From positions 51,731-115,730 of the forward strand of contig JBHICG010000003.1 in assembly GCA_046759445.1 (NCBI GenBank): 64,000 nt of DNA. The letters run 5' to 3'. The notes under the pieces were generated by a model. The model made no database searches. It was given only the letters and a program-made list of their open reading frames with translations, and was not told where the DNA came from. How positions within the stretch are numbered: the first letter of the stretch is position 1; each line of letters starts with the position of its first letter. This DNA comes from Candidatus Scalinduaceae bacterium. Lineage in GTDB: Bacteria > Planctomycetota > Brocadiia > Brocadiales > Scalinduaceae. Both the position numbers and the translations under genes were made by a program. Below, one piece after another: positions 7,788 to 17,175 of the stretch.

Positions 7788-10700
7788 CTAACTCAATAAC
7801 TTAGTTAGTGAGCCAAGTTGTTGTGTCAAAAATGAACTTATTGATTGAAGTCTTGAAAGAGATATTTCTAGTTGAACAAATTGATTCTCTATCTTTATTT
7901 GTTCTAATGCTAAACGTCCTTCCATACCCTCAATTGTATCTTGTAGATTATCAACTGTTACTTGAATACCATCCATCCTAATCGTGAGGAGACCATCAAA
8001 TTGGTCAGTAAAGGAGTCAAGGTCGTTGTACATCTCCTCTCCAACTCCTATTGTCAGCTTTACGTTGCCCTTCGAGCCTGTGGTTGTAGAGGCAACATTT
8101 ATCGAGAGCCCCCCAACACTTGTTGTGGATCCGGTATCACCGGTTAAGATCTGTCCTACACCGGTAGCAGCCTCGCCGTTTATGGTACCCGCAACATCGG
8201 CGCCAACGAAGGTACCGGCTGTTCCAGTGAGAGCGTTCATCTCAGTTATTGTAAAACCCTGAGCGCTTCCAAAGCTATCATGTGTGATTACGAGTTGATC
8301 GCTGCCATCTTTAGATGCCGTAATTTCCATTGCATATTTTCCAGTTATACCGCCTGTATTTGTTGTTAATACCGTCCCAAAGTCCAGATTACGTCCTGCA
8401 GGTTCTGTTATCGCAATTGAGAGTTGGCTGTCTCCAACTGTATTGTCTGTTAACACTATCTCTCCCGAGCTATTGATTGTGGCTGATATACTGTTACTAT
8501 ATGCGCTTTCTATTGCAGAAAGAAAACCTTGAACTGTATCTGTAGAGACGTCACTTATTGTATATGAACCACTTATAGATAGTCCTGAACGTGTTGTTCC
8601 TGTAAAGGAAATTATATCACCATTTACCAAGTCGCTTGCGTCTCCACCTGTATTAATCTCAGAGAATTTTGTGCTGCTGGTTATTACACCTCCACCTGCG
8701 GCGGTGGTTTTAGAGTTGGCTACACTTCCAACAAGGGTTTGTGTGCGTTCTATATCGAGTTCCGAATTGATGGCATTGACAATATTGTCTATAGAGCTGC
8801 CATTTTGTCCGGCGTTTCCATCAAGGGTTATGGTTGCAACCCTGCCAGTAGCGGTATCCGTAATCGTTAATGTCTCGGTATTTCCTGCTCCTATTCCATT
8901 GGTAAGGATGTTTCCGGTCACGGTTGCCTGAGTAGCAACTGTGGTAATGTTAACTGCGTACTCGCCTGCTATAGTATTTTTATTATGCCCTATAAACGTA
9001 ATCTCGCTATTTGTTGCCGTACCTTCCGCAATAAACATCCTCTTGACGGCATTGAAGTCAGAGCTGATTGCTGACAGGAAATCACTATCTTTTAAAGACA
9101 ACTTACCATTTACGTCAGAGGTTATTCCAATCAAAGAAAGGGCATTTGAACCACCTGGTAGTAAAGAAATGGTGCTCGTAATTGTTGATTGAATAATACT
9201 CTTAATTGAAGATAAGAAGGTTTCACCTGAAAGGATACCAGCGCTTTCTGTTTCTTCATTAAACGTGAATTGATCGTTTATAAATTCAATGACGCCGTTA
9301 TAGGCAGATACAAAATCATTCACACTGGATTTAATGCTATCCGTATCTCTGGACACAGTCAGGTTTACGGTGGTGCCGTTTTCGATCCTTGATAAGTCTA
9401 TGGTAACCCCGCTTATGACGTCATCAATTGAATTGGTACTTCGCGTAACGGCGACACCATCAATTTTTACATTTGCATCCTGCCCTGCCGTAGTTTGCAT
9501 GGTGAAACCCTGGGTTGTTGCGGAGACAACGCCAAAATCAAGTGTACCACCACCCTCATTGTTAGTTATTATGTCTACACTCAATTGACTATCTCCGGCA
9601 GTGTCGTCTGTTATCACAATCTGCCCTGTAGCATCTATTGTCGCACTGCCTGCAGTAAGGCCAAATACTGTTTCTATCTGTGTTAATAGTCCCTGAATAG
9701 TATCGGTATTTATATTGCTTATTGTATATGTCCCAGATACAGAATTTCCATTGTGGTCTGTTCCCGATATAGTGATTGTATCATTATTCTGAACATTATT
9801 TAAACCTCCACCTGTATCTATATCATCAAATGTTGTACCGGAGTCGATTGCAAGTCCTGTAGAAACCTTTATATTCGCTGTAGATGCCGTGTGAACTTCT
9901 GCGACGGAACTTTGCTGCCCTTCAAGGATACCTAAGGTTTCAAGTATATTATTGCTATCTGTAAAGGACGTGGTGCCGCTAATATCGATTCGGAAAGTAG
10001 TTACACCATTAGTAGTCGTACTCACAACGGAGGCTGTTCCTTTTGATGCTGCTGTAAGTGCAGTATTGATATTGCCGGCAATAGTAGATAGAGATTCGCT
10101 GGAAAGGTCTATAACGATGTTTTCACCCGCAATGGTTACAGTACCATTCTGAGCATTTGTCAAATTGAGTAGAGATTTAATAGTAGTTTCGCTGTTAGAG
10201 AATTCATCTGATTTAGCGCCATCACTTGTAGAGTTCTTAATTGTGGTACTGCCATTAGTAAGGCCTAGTGTTTGGAGTATGTTTGTGGCACCGGATGATG
10301 CATCGAGTATGCTGAATGAATCTTTACCTGTATTATCACTTGTAAGGATCAGGCGATTGTCTGTACTTGAGACAGAAAGTATGGTAGCCGTTACTCCCGT
10401 TGCATTAGAGCCAGAGTTGGCATTGTTAATCTTAGTGGCAATATCAGCAAGAGTGTCTGTTGTGATAACGGTTATTGCCTTACCGTTTATTACAAAATCA
10501 CCTGAAAGATTTAGCGCCGTTGATGTGCTGCTATAACTCTGCGATGATAATTGTCTTGCCTGTGCTAATTGTGATGAAGATGTAAATTGTACCGTGTGGG
10601 TGCCAGGGCTTGCATCAGTTGTTGTTAAGACTGAGAGGAGGTCACTTGCCTTGAAATTAGTTGAGTTGGTTGATATTGCCGATTTAAAGACATTGAAAGT

Positions 10701-10907
10701 CTTACTATCTTTAAGTGTACTTGCCTTAGATTTGAAGTCTAATAACTGTGTGTTAAAGGATTGATAAGCCTTTAGTTTGTTACTCTGTGCGGTTTGGTTG
10801 TTAACAACTACATCGATACGTTTTCTGCTTATGGAGATAAGTTGTTGGATTAAGGTTGCAGTATCAAGGCCGGAAATCAAACCACCTATAGAACTTGTGC
10901 CAGGCAT
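7788..10907 (-). CDS. fliD: Flagellar filament cap protein FliD (enlarged, 1039 aa)
   Basis: N-term GLISGLDTATLIQQL, GQDANVKIDGVAVTRSTNSIDDVISGVTIDL, C-term QFVQLEISLSRLQSISSFLTQQL. Confidence 0.95.
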   Translation of the reverse strand: MPGTSSIGGLISGLDTATLIQQLISISRKRIDVVVNNQTAQSNKLKAYQSFNTQLLDFKSKASTLKDSKTFNVFKSAISTNSTNFKASDLLSVLTTTDASPGTHTVQFTSSSQLAQARQLSSQSYSSTSTALNLSGDFVINGKAITVITTDTLADIATKINNANSGSNATGVTATILSVSSTDNRLILTSDNTGKDSFSILDASSGATNILQTLGLTNGSTTIKNSTSDGAKSDEFSNSETTIKSLLNLTNAQNGTVTIAGENIVIDLSSESLSTIAGNINTALTAASKGTASVVSTTTNGVTTFRIDISGTTSFTDSNNILETLGILEGQQSSVAEVHTASTANIKVSTGLAIDSGTTFDDIDTGGGLNNVQNNDTITISGTDHNGNSVSGTYTISNINTDTIQGLLTQIETVFGLTAGSATIDATGQIVITDDTAGDSQLSVDIITNNEGGGTLDFGVVSATTQGFTMQTTAGQDANVKIDGVAVTRSTNSIDDVISGVTIDLSRIENGTTVNLTVSRDTDSIKSSVNDFVSAYNGVIEFINDQFTFNEETESAGILSGETFLSSIKSIIQSTITSTISLLPGGSNALSLIGITSDVNGKLSLKDSDFLSAISSDFNAVKRMFIAEGTATNSEITFIGHNKNTIAGEYAVNITTVATQATVTGNILTNGIGAGNTETLTITDTATGRVATITLDGNAGQNGSSIDNIVNAINSELDIERTQTLVGSVANSKTTAAGGGVITSSTKFSEINTGGDASDLVNGDIISFTGTTRSGLSISGSYTISDVSTDTVQGFLSAIESAYSNSISATINSSGEIVLTDNTVGDSQLSIAITEPAGRNLDFGTVLTTNTGGITGKYAMEITASKDGSDQLVITHDSFGSAQGFTITEMNALTGTAGTFVGADVAGTINGEAATGVGQILTGDTGSTTSVGGLSINVASTTTGSKGNVKLTIGVGEEMYNDLDSFTDQFDGLLTIRMDGIQVTVDNLQDTIEGMEGRLALEQIKIENQFVQLEISLSRLQSISSFLTQQLGSLTKLLS

Positions 10908-10997
10908 TTAAACTCCCATACGTTTATTATGGATTGCAGATTTCGGATTAAGAGAAATGAATTCGAAAACCACTTTCCAAGATTTTTAAATAATATT

Positions 10998-11231
10998 TTA
11001 AAGACAACTAATAGGGTGAAGTTCTCGTATTATCCCTTTTGGATGTGACGTATATTCGAACAAGTGTCTTGACCTATTTATCTTCTCAATTTCATATGCA
11101 TATTCATTGGTTAATCTCTCTACTGCTGCCTTATTAGTCTTTTTTGCCTTTTCAATGTCTTCAGGAGTAGCATACCAGCAGTACCAATTAATAAAGTTTC
11201 TTTTTTCCTGTTCTTTTTCTATCCCAACCAT
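10998..11231 (-). CDS. Small hypothetical protein heading the fliD operon
   Basis: ATG 11231 has AAGGAG SD and lies downstream of a sigma54 motif; FINWYCWYATPEDI motif; does not resemble FlaG. Confidence 0.6.
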   Translation of the reverse strand: MVGIEKEQEKRNFINWYCWYATPEDIEKAKKTNKAAVERLTNEYAYEIEKINRSRHLFEYTSHPKGIIRELHPISCL

Positions 11232-11261
11232 AAGATTATCTCCTTTTTCCATTTTTGATAT

Positions 11262-11278
11262 CGCAATATTAGTACCAA
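11262..11278 (-). promoter_or_regulatory. sigma54 promoter for orf-fliD-fliS-fliT
   Basis: Minus strand TTGGTAC-TAATA-TTGCG. Confidence 0.7.
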
Positions 11279-11482
11279 AAATTTATTAATTTTGTCTTAA
11301 CTTATTGTTGTTACAAGACAATGACTTATAAATTGTTTATGACGTATCCGTTTTATACTAAAAAATTTAACAGGTTAAAATTCACATGCAGTGGTAAATT
11401 TTTTCCCCTAACTTCAGAATTAGTCAAATTGTTAAATAGTTAAATGGTCGATTAGTATAATTCAAATACATTTTGAAATTAG

Positions 11483-11530
11483 CTATTTATCTATTTAACG
11501 AATCAACCATTTAACCATTTAACTCTTTCA
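11483..11530. repeat. Degenerate tandem 8-mer array (consensus CYATTTAA) downstream of four-helix-bundle gene
   Basis: ctatttat ctatttaa cgaatcaa ccatttaa ccatttaa ctctttca; inverted units also at ~11427-11455. Confidence 0.7.
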
Positions 11531-11533
11531 CGA

Positions 11534-11917
11534 TTATTCGTATTTTTTCCTATTCTTAAGATATTTTATGTAGCCATTGAGAATTATTATGGCTGTTTTT
11601 ATTTCATCAATCATTTTTTCGGATTTGGTATTTTCCATATACTTACATTCTTCGGCTACGAGAATATGGTCTATCAACTCATAAAGTGATCCACGCGATT
11701 GTCTACAGAATTGTATGTTCTCTTGGTAATGAAATCGCCCGTATCCTTCTGCTATACAAGCTGTTGAAGATCTTGATGCCCTGATCATTTGATCTGATAA
11801 TCTGTGTTTTTCTTCTTTAGAAAAATTATTGCATAACTGCCAGACCTTCTTTCTTATGTCTCTACATCGTTGCCAAACTTCCAGATCACGAAAATCATTG
11901 TACTTCGATTCTGCCAT
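11534..11917 (-). CDS. Four helix bundle protein (23S rRNA intervening-sequence protein / TIGR02436-like)
   Basis: FRDLEVWQ, EEKHRLSDQMIRASRS, IAEGYGR, SRGSLYEL signature. Confidence 0.92.
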   Translation of the reverse strand: MAESKYNDFRDLEVWQRCRDIRKKVWQLCNNFSKEEKHRLSDQMIRASRSSTACIAEGYGRFHYQENIQFCRQSRGSLYELIDHILVAEECKYMENTKSEKMIDEIKTAIIILNGYIKYLKNRKKYE

Positions 11918-11961
11918 TTAACCATTTCTCAATTTAACAATTCAGCTATTTGACCATTTAA
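11914..11961. repeat. Degenerate tandem 8-mer array (consensus CYATTTAA) upstream of and overlapping the four-helix-bundle start
   Basis: ccatttaa ccatttct caatttaa caattcag ctatttga ccatttaa. Confidence 0.7.
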
Positions 11962-11979
11962 CGACACCAGTCTATGTAT

Positions 11980-12013
11980 AAAAAAGGGAGGGTGGTATAT
12001 TACCACCCTCCCT
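11980..12013 (-). terminator. Intrinsic terminator of fliC
   Basis: Minus strand AGGGAGGGTGGTA-ATA-TACCACCCTCCCT followed by a T-run, ~40 nt after the fliC stop. Confidence 0.9.
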
Positions 12014-12055
12014 GCTTACTTATATTGCAACAAACTTAATAAGCGTTTATGTTGC

Positions 12056-13192
12056 TTAACCAAGTAGACTCAATACTGCCTGCGGTGCAAGGTTGGCCTG
12101 TGCAAGCATTGCAGTACCTGCCTGAATCAATATCTGATTCTTGGTAAAGGAGACTGTCTCAAAAGCCAGATCAGCATCACGAATGATAGATTCTGCGGCA
12201 GATAAGTTTTCAATGCTTGTAGCCAGGTTAGCGCTGGCGAATCCAAGCCTGTTTTGTGCAGAACCAATATCTGCACGAGCATTTGCTACCGTGTCAATAG
12301 CATTATCAATCGTAGTTAAAGCGGTTTGTGCGCCAGATACTGTAGTGAGTGTTATATCTGCGGAACTGCCACTATTTAGGACGGCTACATTCAGGTCTGC
12401 TAAGCTGATACCAATTCGGTTACTTCCTGCATTCTCAAATCCAACCTGGAATACGGATTGAGCAGAAGTTGAAGTGCTTATGGTGTCGGATACACCACCA
12501 CCACCTGGGGTAGTTACTGATGTAAATCCGGCATCAACAGTAATCTTGATACCAAAAGATGAGAAATTTAGTGTCTCAGTGCTACCCTCTGCAGGTCCGC
12601 TAACTGTTAAGGTTTGAGAAACACTATTCTGCGTAATCTGTATAGTTTCATTTGTAGTATTAATGGCGACTGTAAATTGGGTAGCAGAGGCAGCCTCGGA
12701 GGTGTCCACACCTACAACTCCACTGGTAGCTACCAAGTTACCAAAATCGCTAATCTGAACAGAACCGAAATTTCCATCGATCAGGGTTCGCCCTGAAAAT
12801 TTAGTTGAATTGGCGATTCGGTCAATTTCAGACTCAAGGTCAGTAACTTCATTGTTTATTTTTGTTCGGTCAGCAGATGTGGTGTTGGCAGATGCTGCCT
12901 GCGTTGCAAGCTCCTTCATCCTCTGTAAGATGTTAGTTATCTGATCTGCAGCGCCTTCTGCAACCTGTAGTAGCGAATTTGCCTGGCTTGCGTTATTAGC
13001 GCCCTGTCTTAAACTTAGAATCTGAGCTCTAAATCTCATTGAAACAGCAAGACCAGCAGCGTCATCTGATGCCTTATTTATCTTGAAACCAGTTGATAGT
13101 CTTTCTAATGATCTTGTCAAATTGGCATCATTTATTACAAGAGCTCTATGTGTAGCTAGAGCAGCGATATTATTTTGAATTCTTAAACCCAT
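12056..13192 (-). CDS. fliC: Flagellin
   Basis: SLERLSTGFKINKASDDAAGLA, LQRMKELATQAAS, RADIGSAQNRL, IRDAD, LAQANLAPQAVLSLL. Confidence 0.99.
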   Translation of the reverse strand: MGLRIQNNIAALATHRALVINDANLTRSLERLSTGFKINKASDDAAGLAVSMRFRAQILSLRQGANNASQANSLLQVAEGAADQITNILQRMKELATQAASANTTSADRTKINNEVTDLESEIDRIANSTKFSGRTLIDGNFGSVQISDFGNLVATSGVVGVDTSEAASATQFTVAINTTNETIQITQNSVSQTLTVSGPAEGSTETLNFSSFGIKITVDAGFTSVTTPGGGGVSDTISTSTSAQSVFQVGFENAGSNRIGISLADLNVAVLNSGSSADITLTTVSGAQTALTTIDNAIDTVANARADIGSAQNRLGFASANLATSIENLSAAESIIRDADLAFETVSFTKNQILIQAGTAMLAQANLAPQAVLSLLG

Positions 13193-13266
13193 TTTATAAT
13201 CCTCCTTGATTTTGTCTGAGACGTATTTCTGACGCTCAGAGCGATTAACAATATTAAATTTATACC

Positions 13267-13292
13267 CTGATTTTGCATCCTTGCTAAATCAG
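13267..13292 (-). promoter_or_regulatory. CsrA-binding hairpin in fliC leader
   Basis: mRNA sense CTGATTT-AGC-AAGGAT-GC-A-AAATCAG puts GGA in the loop; a second CAAGGAGG overlaps the SD at 13201-13208. Confidence 0.7.
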
Positions 13293-13417
13293 TAAAAAAT
13301 AAAACATGAACAAAGTTACTACCAAAAATCATTTCTTATTTTTCTATAATTCCTCACCTCCTTTTTATAATGATGTTTTTAATCGACCTTAATGGGTAGT
13401 GCTTGTTACTGTAGAAA

Positions 13418-13444
13418 TTATCGGCAAGGAGGCAAGAGACTTTA
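13418..13444 (-). promoter_or_regulatory. sigma28 (FliA) promoter of fliC
   Basis: Minus strand TAAA-gtctcttgcctcctt(15)-GCCGATAA, exact consensus. Confidence 0.92.
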
Positions 13445-13705
13445 GGGGAAAATCCTGAAAAGCATAAGTATTGTCATATTATTAAGTTATCGAAAATTGT
13501 GATTAGTAATCAGTGTTGCGATGCCGTTCAGCATTACCTTTTTAGGTTTAAAAACATACCTAAAGACTAAACGTGTATCGTTATGCAGTGTTTTAAAATA
13601 CGTAAGCATTCACGAGTAGAAAATATTAAGTAATATAACTGGAGTGAACTTTTGTGGCTACAAATAACACATGTGCGGGTTGTGTGTTGAGGAATTTCCT
13701 TTAAT

Positions 13706-13807
13706 CGAAAATAGATTCCCGATCAGAGTCGTCGTGTGATTCTGCCTGTCCTTCGGACAGGCAGAATCACCTAAGCAATTCCGCTGTTGCGGAATTGCCC
13801 TTGACAA
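13706..13807. repeat. ~100-bp two-hairpin repeat; direct copy at 31703-31806
   Basis: GTGATTCTGCCTGTC-CTTCG-GACAGGCAGAATCAC and GCAATTCCGC-TGTT-GCGGAATTGC hairpins; overlaps the 3' end of the GT4 gene. Confidence 0.85.
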
Positions 13808-14951
13808 GGATTTTGAAAAATTCTTCTGCACTTCTTTTCCATGTGAGTTGACTAAGGTCTTTTCCTGCCTGCAATCCAATATATCTCAGTTTCTCTCTGT
13901 TTTGATATGCCCATTCCAAATGGCCGATTGTTTCGTCTAGATCAGGGGCATCCCATGTGGCAAATATGTTTCCGTCTCTATAGATGCTCATTGGTTTTAT
14001 TTGTTTTATCATAATTGAATTATTTGCATTGATAATGTCCTTATGACCACTACTATGAGACGCAATTGTTGGTTTGCCACATGCCATATATTCCATAAGA
14101 ACGAGATTTGTGCCTCCTTCACAACGATTGGGGAATATGCCAATATCAGTGTTTTGATACATTCTTGCCATTAAGGCATTATGACGGGGTGATAATGTGA
14201 TAACTCGGTCCAAATCTATCCCGTTATCCTGAAGGGTCTTGTTCACTATCTCAATATAGTTATTTGATGTAATTTCAAACTTGATATGTGGAGAAGCAGC
14301 CATGGTTTTCATACTATCTGCCCAAAAATTAAACCATGAATTTACGAGCATTACGTCCTTATGTCTGTCTTGCAAAACTTTGTATGCTTTTATGACAATA
14401 TCCTGTCCCTTGCGAAGTTCAAATTTGCCGCCTGAAAAAACCATAAAGTGGTCTCTGAAGAATTCTTTCTCCGAATAGGAAGAATTATACAGAAGTGGGT
14501 CTATTCCCTGGATTATGGTAGTTACTTTTTCAAGTCCATATTTTCTTAGCACTTCTTCACACCATTTTGATCCCGTAATTATAATATCATAGTTATCCCT
14601 GCCGTTTTGAATATATCTTTGGTCAAGTATATTTTCTTCGAAGAAAGTATATCCTGCCTTGAAGGTACCTTTTAAATTTATTCCAAATGGTTGTAGGGTA
14701 TGATCGTTTATGGCTTGTAAAACAGGATAATCTACATGTTTGAGTGTGCCGTTTTTTATTTTAAGGGCCTCAGCTTCTCCGATTAATTTACTTTTAAGGA
14801 AATGAAAATCAAACTCATCACCAATATCTTTGATGCTAAAATTGTCCGTGATATATTTTATGTTAGTGATTTCAGATAACTCCTTTACGAGATACTTGCC
14901 GCAAATACCCCATCCGAAATTATTCCCTCTTGGTAGAATTAAATAAATCAT
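13767..14951 (-). CDS. Glycosyltransferase family 4 (GT-B)
   Basis: FSGGKFELRKGQDIVIKAY, FPNRCEGGTNLVLMEYMACGKP. Confidence 0.88.
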   Translation of the reverse strand: MIYLILPRGNNFGWGICGKYLVKELSEITNIKYITDNFSIKDIGDEFDFHFLKSKLIGEAEALKIKNGTLKHVDYPVLQAINDHTLQPFGINLKGTFKAGYTFFEENILDQRYIQNGRDNYDIIITGSKWCEEVLRKYGLEKVTTIIQGIDPLLYNSSYSEKEFFRDHFMVFSGGKFELRKGQDIVIKAYKVLQDRHKDVMLVNSWFNFWADSMKTMAASPHIKFEITSNNYIEIVNKTLQDNGIDLDRVITLSPRHNALMARMYQNTDIGIFPNRCEGGTNLVLMEYMACGKPTIASHSSGHKDIINANNSIMIKQIKPMSIYRDGNIFATWDAPDLDETIGHLEWAYQNREKLRYIGLQAGKDLSQLTWKRSAEEFFKILVKGNSATAELLR

Positions 14952-14952
14952 A

Positions 14953-14981
14953 TAAATTAGCTCCTTTCACTCGCTAATTTA
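14953..14981. repeat. Family F hairpin repeat containing the SD of the GT4 gene
   Basis: Minus strand TAAATTAGCGAGTGAAAGGAGCTAATTTA then T-ATG. Confidence 0.7.
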
Positions 14982-15006
14982 ATGTATAGGAAATTCAATA
15001 ATAGTT

Positions 15007-15125
15007 TCCCCCCACTTCTTGCTTTCGCAAGAAAGCAGTGGGGGGATAAAGGCCTGTCTGCCGACAGGTAGGGGTGTGTAAATATACCATTATACACACC
15101 CCCGGCCCCTCTTTTTAGAGGGGAG
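15007..15125. repeat. Nested REP-like palindromes
   Basis: CCCCCC-ACTTCTTGCTTTCGCAAGAAAGCAGT-GGGGGG (same as 35133-35172), CCTGTCTGCCGACAGG insert, CCCCTCT-TTTT-AGAGGGG hairpin containing the upstream gene's stop. Confidence 0.8.
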
Positions 15126-16986
15126 CTTGAAATTGTTGCCGAAGGCTTAAATCGTTGTTTTTTAAAACTGAAATAGCAATTTCAAAAGATGTGCTGGCAA
15201 GAAGTTCCTTTTGCTGTTTCGATAATGTTGTTCCTATATTTATGTAGATATTGCTTAAATCACTTATACTGTCAATTGTTACATTTCTGGGAAGATTAAG
15301 GCATTTCAACAATTCGTCACAACTCGCTACACAACTTTCCAGCTCATCGATGGACACATAAATCTTACTCAGGGCAAGATGAGACTCTATAAGGTATTTG
15401 TCCAACTTTAATGTATTCAAAAAACATTGCTTTGCCTTGACATAATTAGATTCACTTAAATATAGAGTGCCAAGCCTTATGATTACCTCTGGGTTTTCTG
15501 GTCTTATCGTTAATATGTCATTGTAAGTATCCCTTGCCTGATTAGTATTTCCTGCTCTCTCATATGCAATGGCCAGATTAAACAAAGCGCCAATATGTTG
15601 TGGGTCTTTATTGGTAACTGATTTAAATGAATTGATTGATTTATCGAATTGGTTGTCCTTCAAAAGGAGAAGCCCCAGGCGATATTGTGCCAATATTTCA
15701 TCTGGATAATCCTGAAGAATCTGTTTGAAATAAGCCAATGCTTTATCTGATGAACCGGATTTTTCATACATTTCTGCAATATAGTATTGAATATCTTTGT
15801 TCTTGGGGTTATTTTTAAGTCCATCTTTAAGAAGTCTTTCTGCTAATCTGAATTTATTTTGTTCCATGAAGTATTTTCCGATTGCAAGGTAAGGCTCCCA
15901 TGCATTGTTAGAACAGTTTACGGCATTCTTTAAGGCCTGAGACCCTTCGTTCTCTTTATCTAGTTGAAAGTAAACAATAGCCGTCCGTAAGTGAGCCTGC
16001 CAGGTGTGTTGGAGGGTATTATATGGTATAGCTAGGGCCGTGGTTGGATCTGATTCAATAGTTTTCAACAATCTTAAGTACTTTTTTGTAGCCTCAATGC
16101 ACTTACCATACTCTTTGTGTAGGAAATATATGGAAGATAATATACTATATGAGTCCAGATAATCAGGATAAAGATCAAGTGCCTTAAGGGCGTAATTTTC
16201 AGCATTGGTCAAATCTTTCTTACGATAAAAGGCAACGCTTACCGTATAGTAAGTGAGTAGCCTTAGCTGTGTATTGCTTTTTTGTAATTCGAATAGCCTA
16301 ATTGCCTCGAGACCTTCTTTGATACATTCGTCATACCTATTCCTGTCCAGGCATGAAATTGCCAGATAATGATGGGGAATCGGGTTCTTTGGATCATTCT
16401 TAATTTGTCCCTTTAAAAGGTTTGAGGTTCTTATAAATTTCCTTTCCATTTGATCTTCATCAAGATTGTAACCGTAATGATACAGTTTTATATTCACCTT
16501 CTTAGTTGGTCCTGTGTATTTCAGGTTGTTGTGGACTATTCCTTCATAGTGGACGCCAAGATGATTTTTAAATATTCTTTCTGAATTGGCGACAGCAAGA
16601 TTTTTGCTTCCATTAGTTTTGGCAAAGACTGGCAAAAAGATTACGTTTATTTTATTGTCTTTAATAACTTCCTTTAATTTGTGGGCATCTACATTGTCCA
16701 CTTCCTCATCTGCATCGAGTATCAGAATCCAGTCCGAGTTTGCATACTTAAGTGAATAATTTCGTGCCTTGCTGAAACTGTTTTCCCACGCATGATGATA
16801 AATCTTTGCGCCATATTCTTTTGCAATTTCAACTGTGCTATCGGTTGACCCGGTATCCACAATGATTATCTCGTCCACATAATCCTTGACGCTTTCCAGA
16901 CACGCAGGAAGAAACTGTTCTTCACTCTTTACTATCATACAGAGGGATAGAGTTGGATTGTTATTTCTCATATTTAAGGAAATCAC
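15115..16986 (-). CDS. GT2 glycosyltransferase + TPR repeats (flagellin O-glycosyltransferase-like)
   Basis: LSLCMIVKSEE, VDTGSTD, FSKARN, WILILDADE, HYGY followed by TPRs; start may be ATG 16971. Confidence 0.9.
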   Translation of the reverse strand: MISLNMRNNNPTLSLCMIVKSEEQFLPACLESVKDYVDEIIIVDTGSTDSTVEIAKEYGAKIYHHAWENSFSKARNYSLKYANSDWILILDADEEVDNVDAHKLKEVIKDNKINVIFLPVFAKTNGSKNLAVANSERIFKNHLGVHYEGIVHNNLKYTGPTKKVNIKLYHYGYNLDEDQMERKFIRTSNLLKGQIKNDPKNPIPHHYLAISCLDRNRYDECIKEGLEAIRLFELQKSNTQLRLLTYYTVSVAFYRKKDLTNAENYALKALDLYPDYLDSYSILSSIYFLHKEYGKCIEATKKYLRLLKTIESDPTTALAIPYNTLQHTWQAHLRTAIVYFQLDKENEGSQALKNAVNCSNNAWEPYLAIGKYFMEQNKFRLAERLLKDGLKNNPKNKDIQYYIAEMYEKSGSSDKALAYFKQILQDYPDEILAQYRLGLLLLKDNQFDKSINSFKSVTNKDPQHIGALFNLAIAYERAGNTNQARDTYNDILTIRPENPEVIIRLGTLYLSESNYVKAKQCFLNTLKLDKYLIESHLALSKIYVSIDELESCVASCDELLKCLNLPRNVTIDSISDLSNIYINIGTTLSKQQKELLASTSFEIAISVLKNNDLSLRQQFQAPL

Positions 16987-17175
16987 CCTTTAGGCATTAT
17001 CTTAGTTTAAAAGGCTAAAAATGTTAACTCCTTCTTTGCTACTAAGCTTTACGGAGTTAAGTCTTTAGACTTTTATAATCTGCAAACTTTTATTAAAAGC
17101 TAAAGCCTTAATTCCAATTATCTATCTTTTTCTGCGATATTTAACTTACGTGACTATGATTCTCATATTACTATA

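Noticed and set aside
7962..10536. Numerous antisense ORFs inside fliD (likewise inside fliC, flgE, flgK, flgL and the GT genes)
   Set aside because: Shadow ORFs of strongly supported genes; no motifs or SDs.
11427..11961. CRISPR array
   Set aside because: Units are contiguous degenerate 8-mers without unique spacers; no cas genes. No repeat-spacer array was seen elsewhere.
13658..13879. 73-aa ORF
   Set aside because: Overlaps the GT4 3' end out of frame and runs through a repeat.
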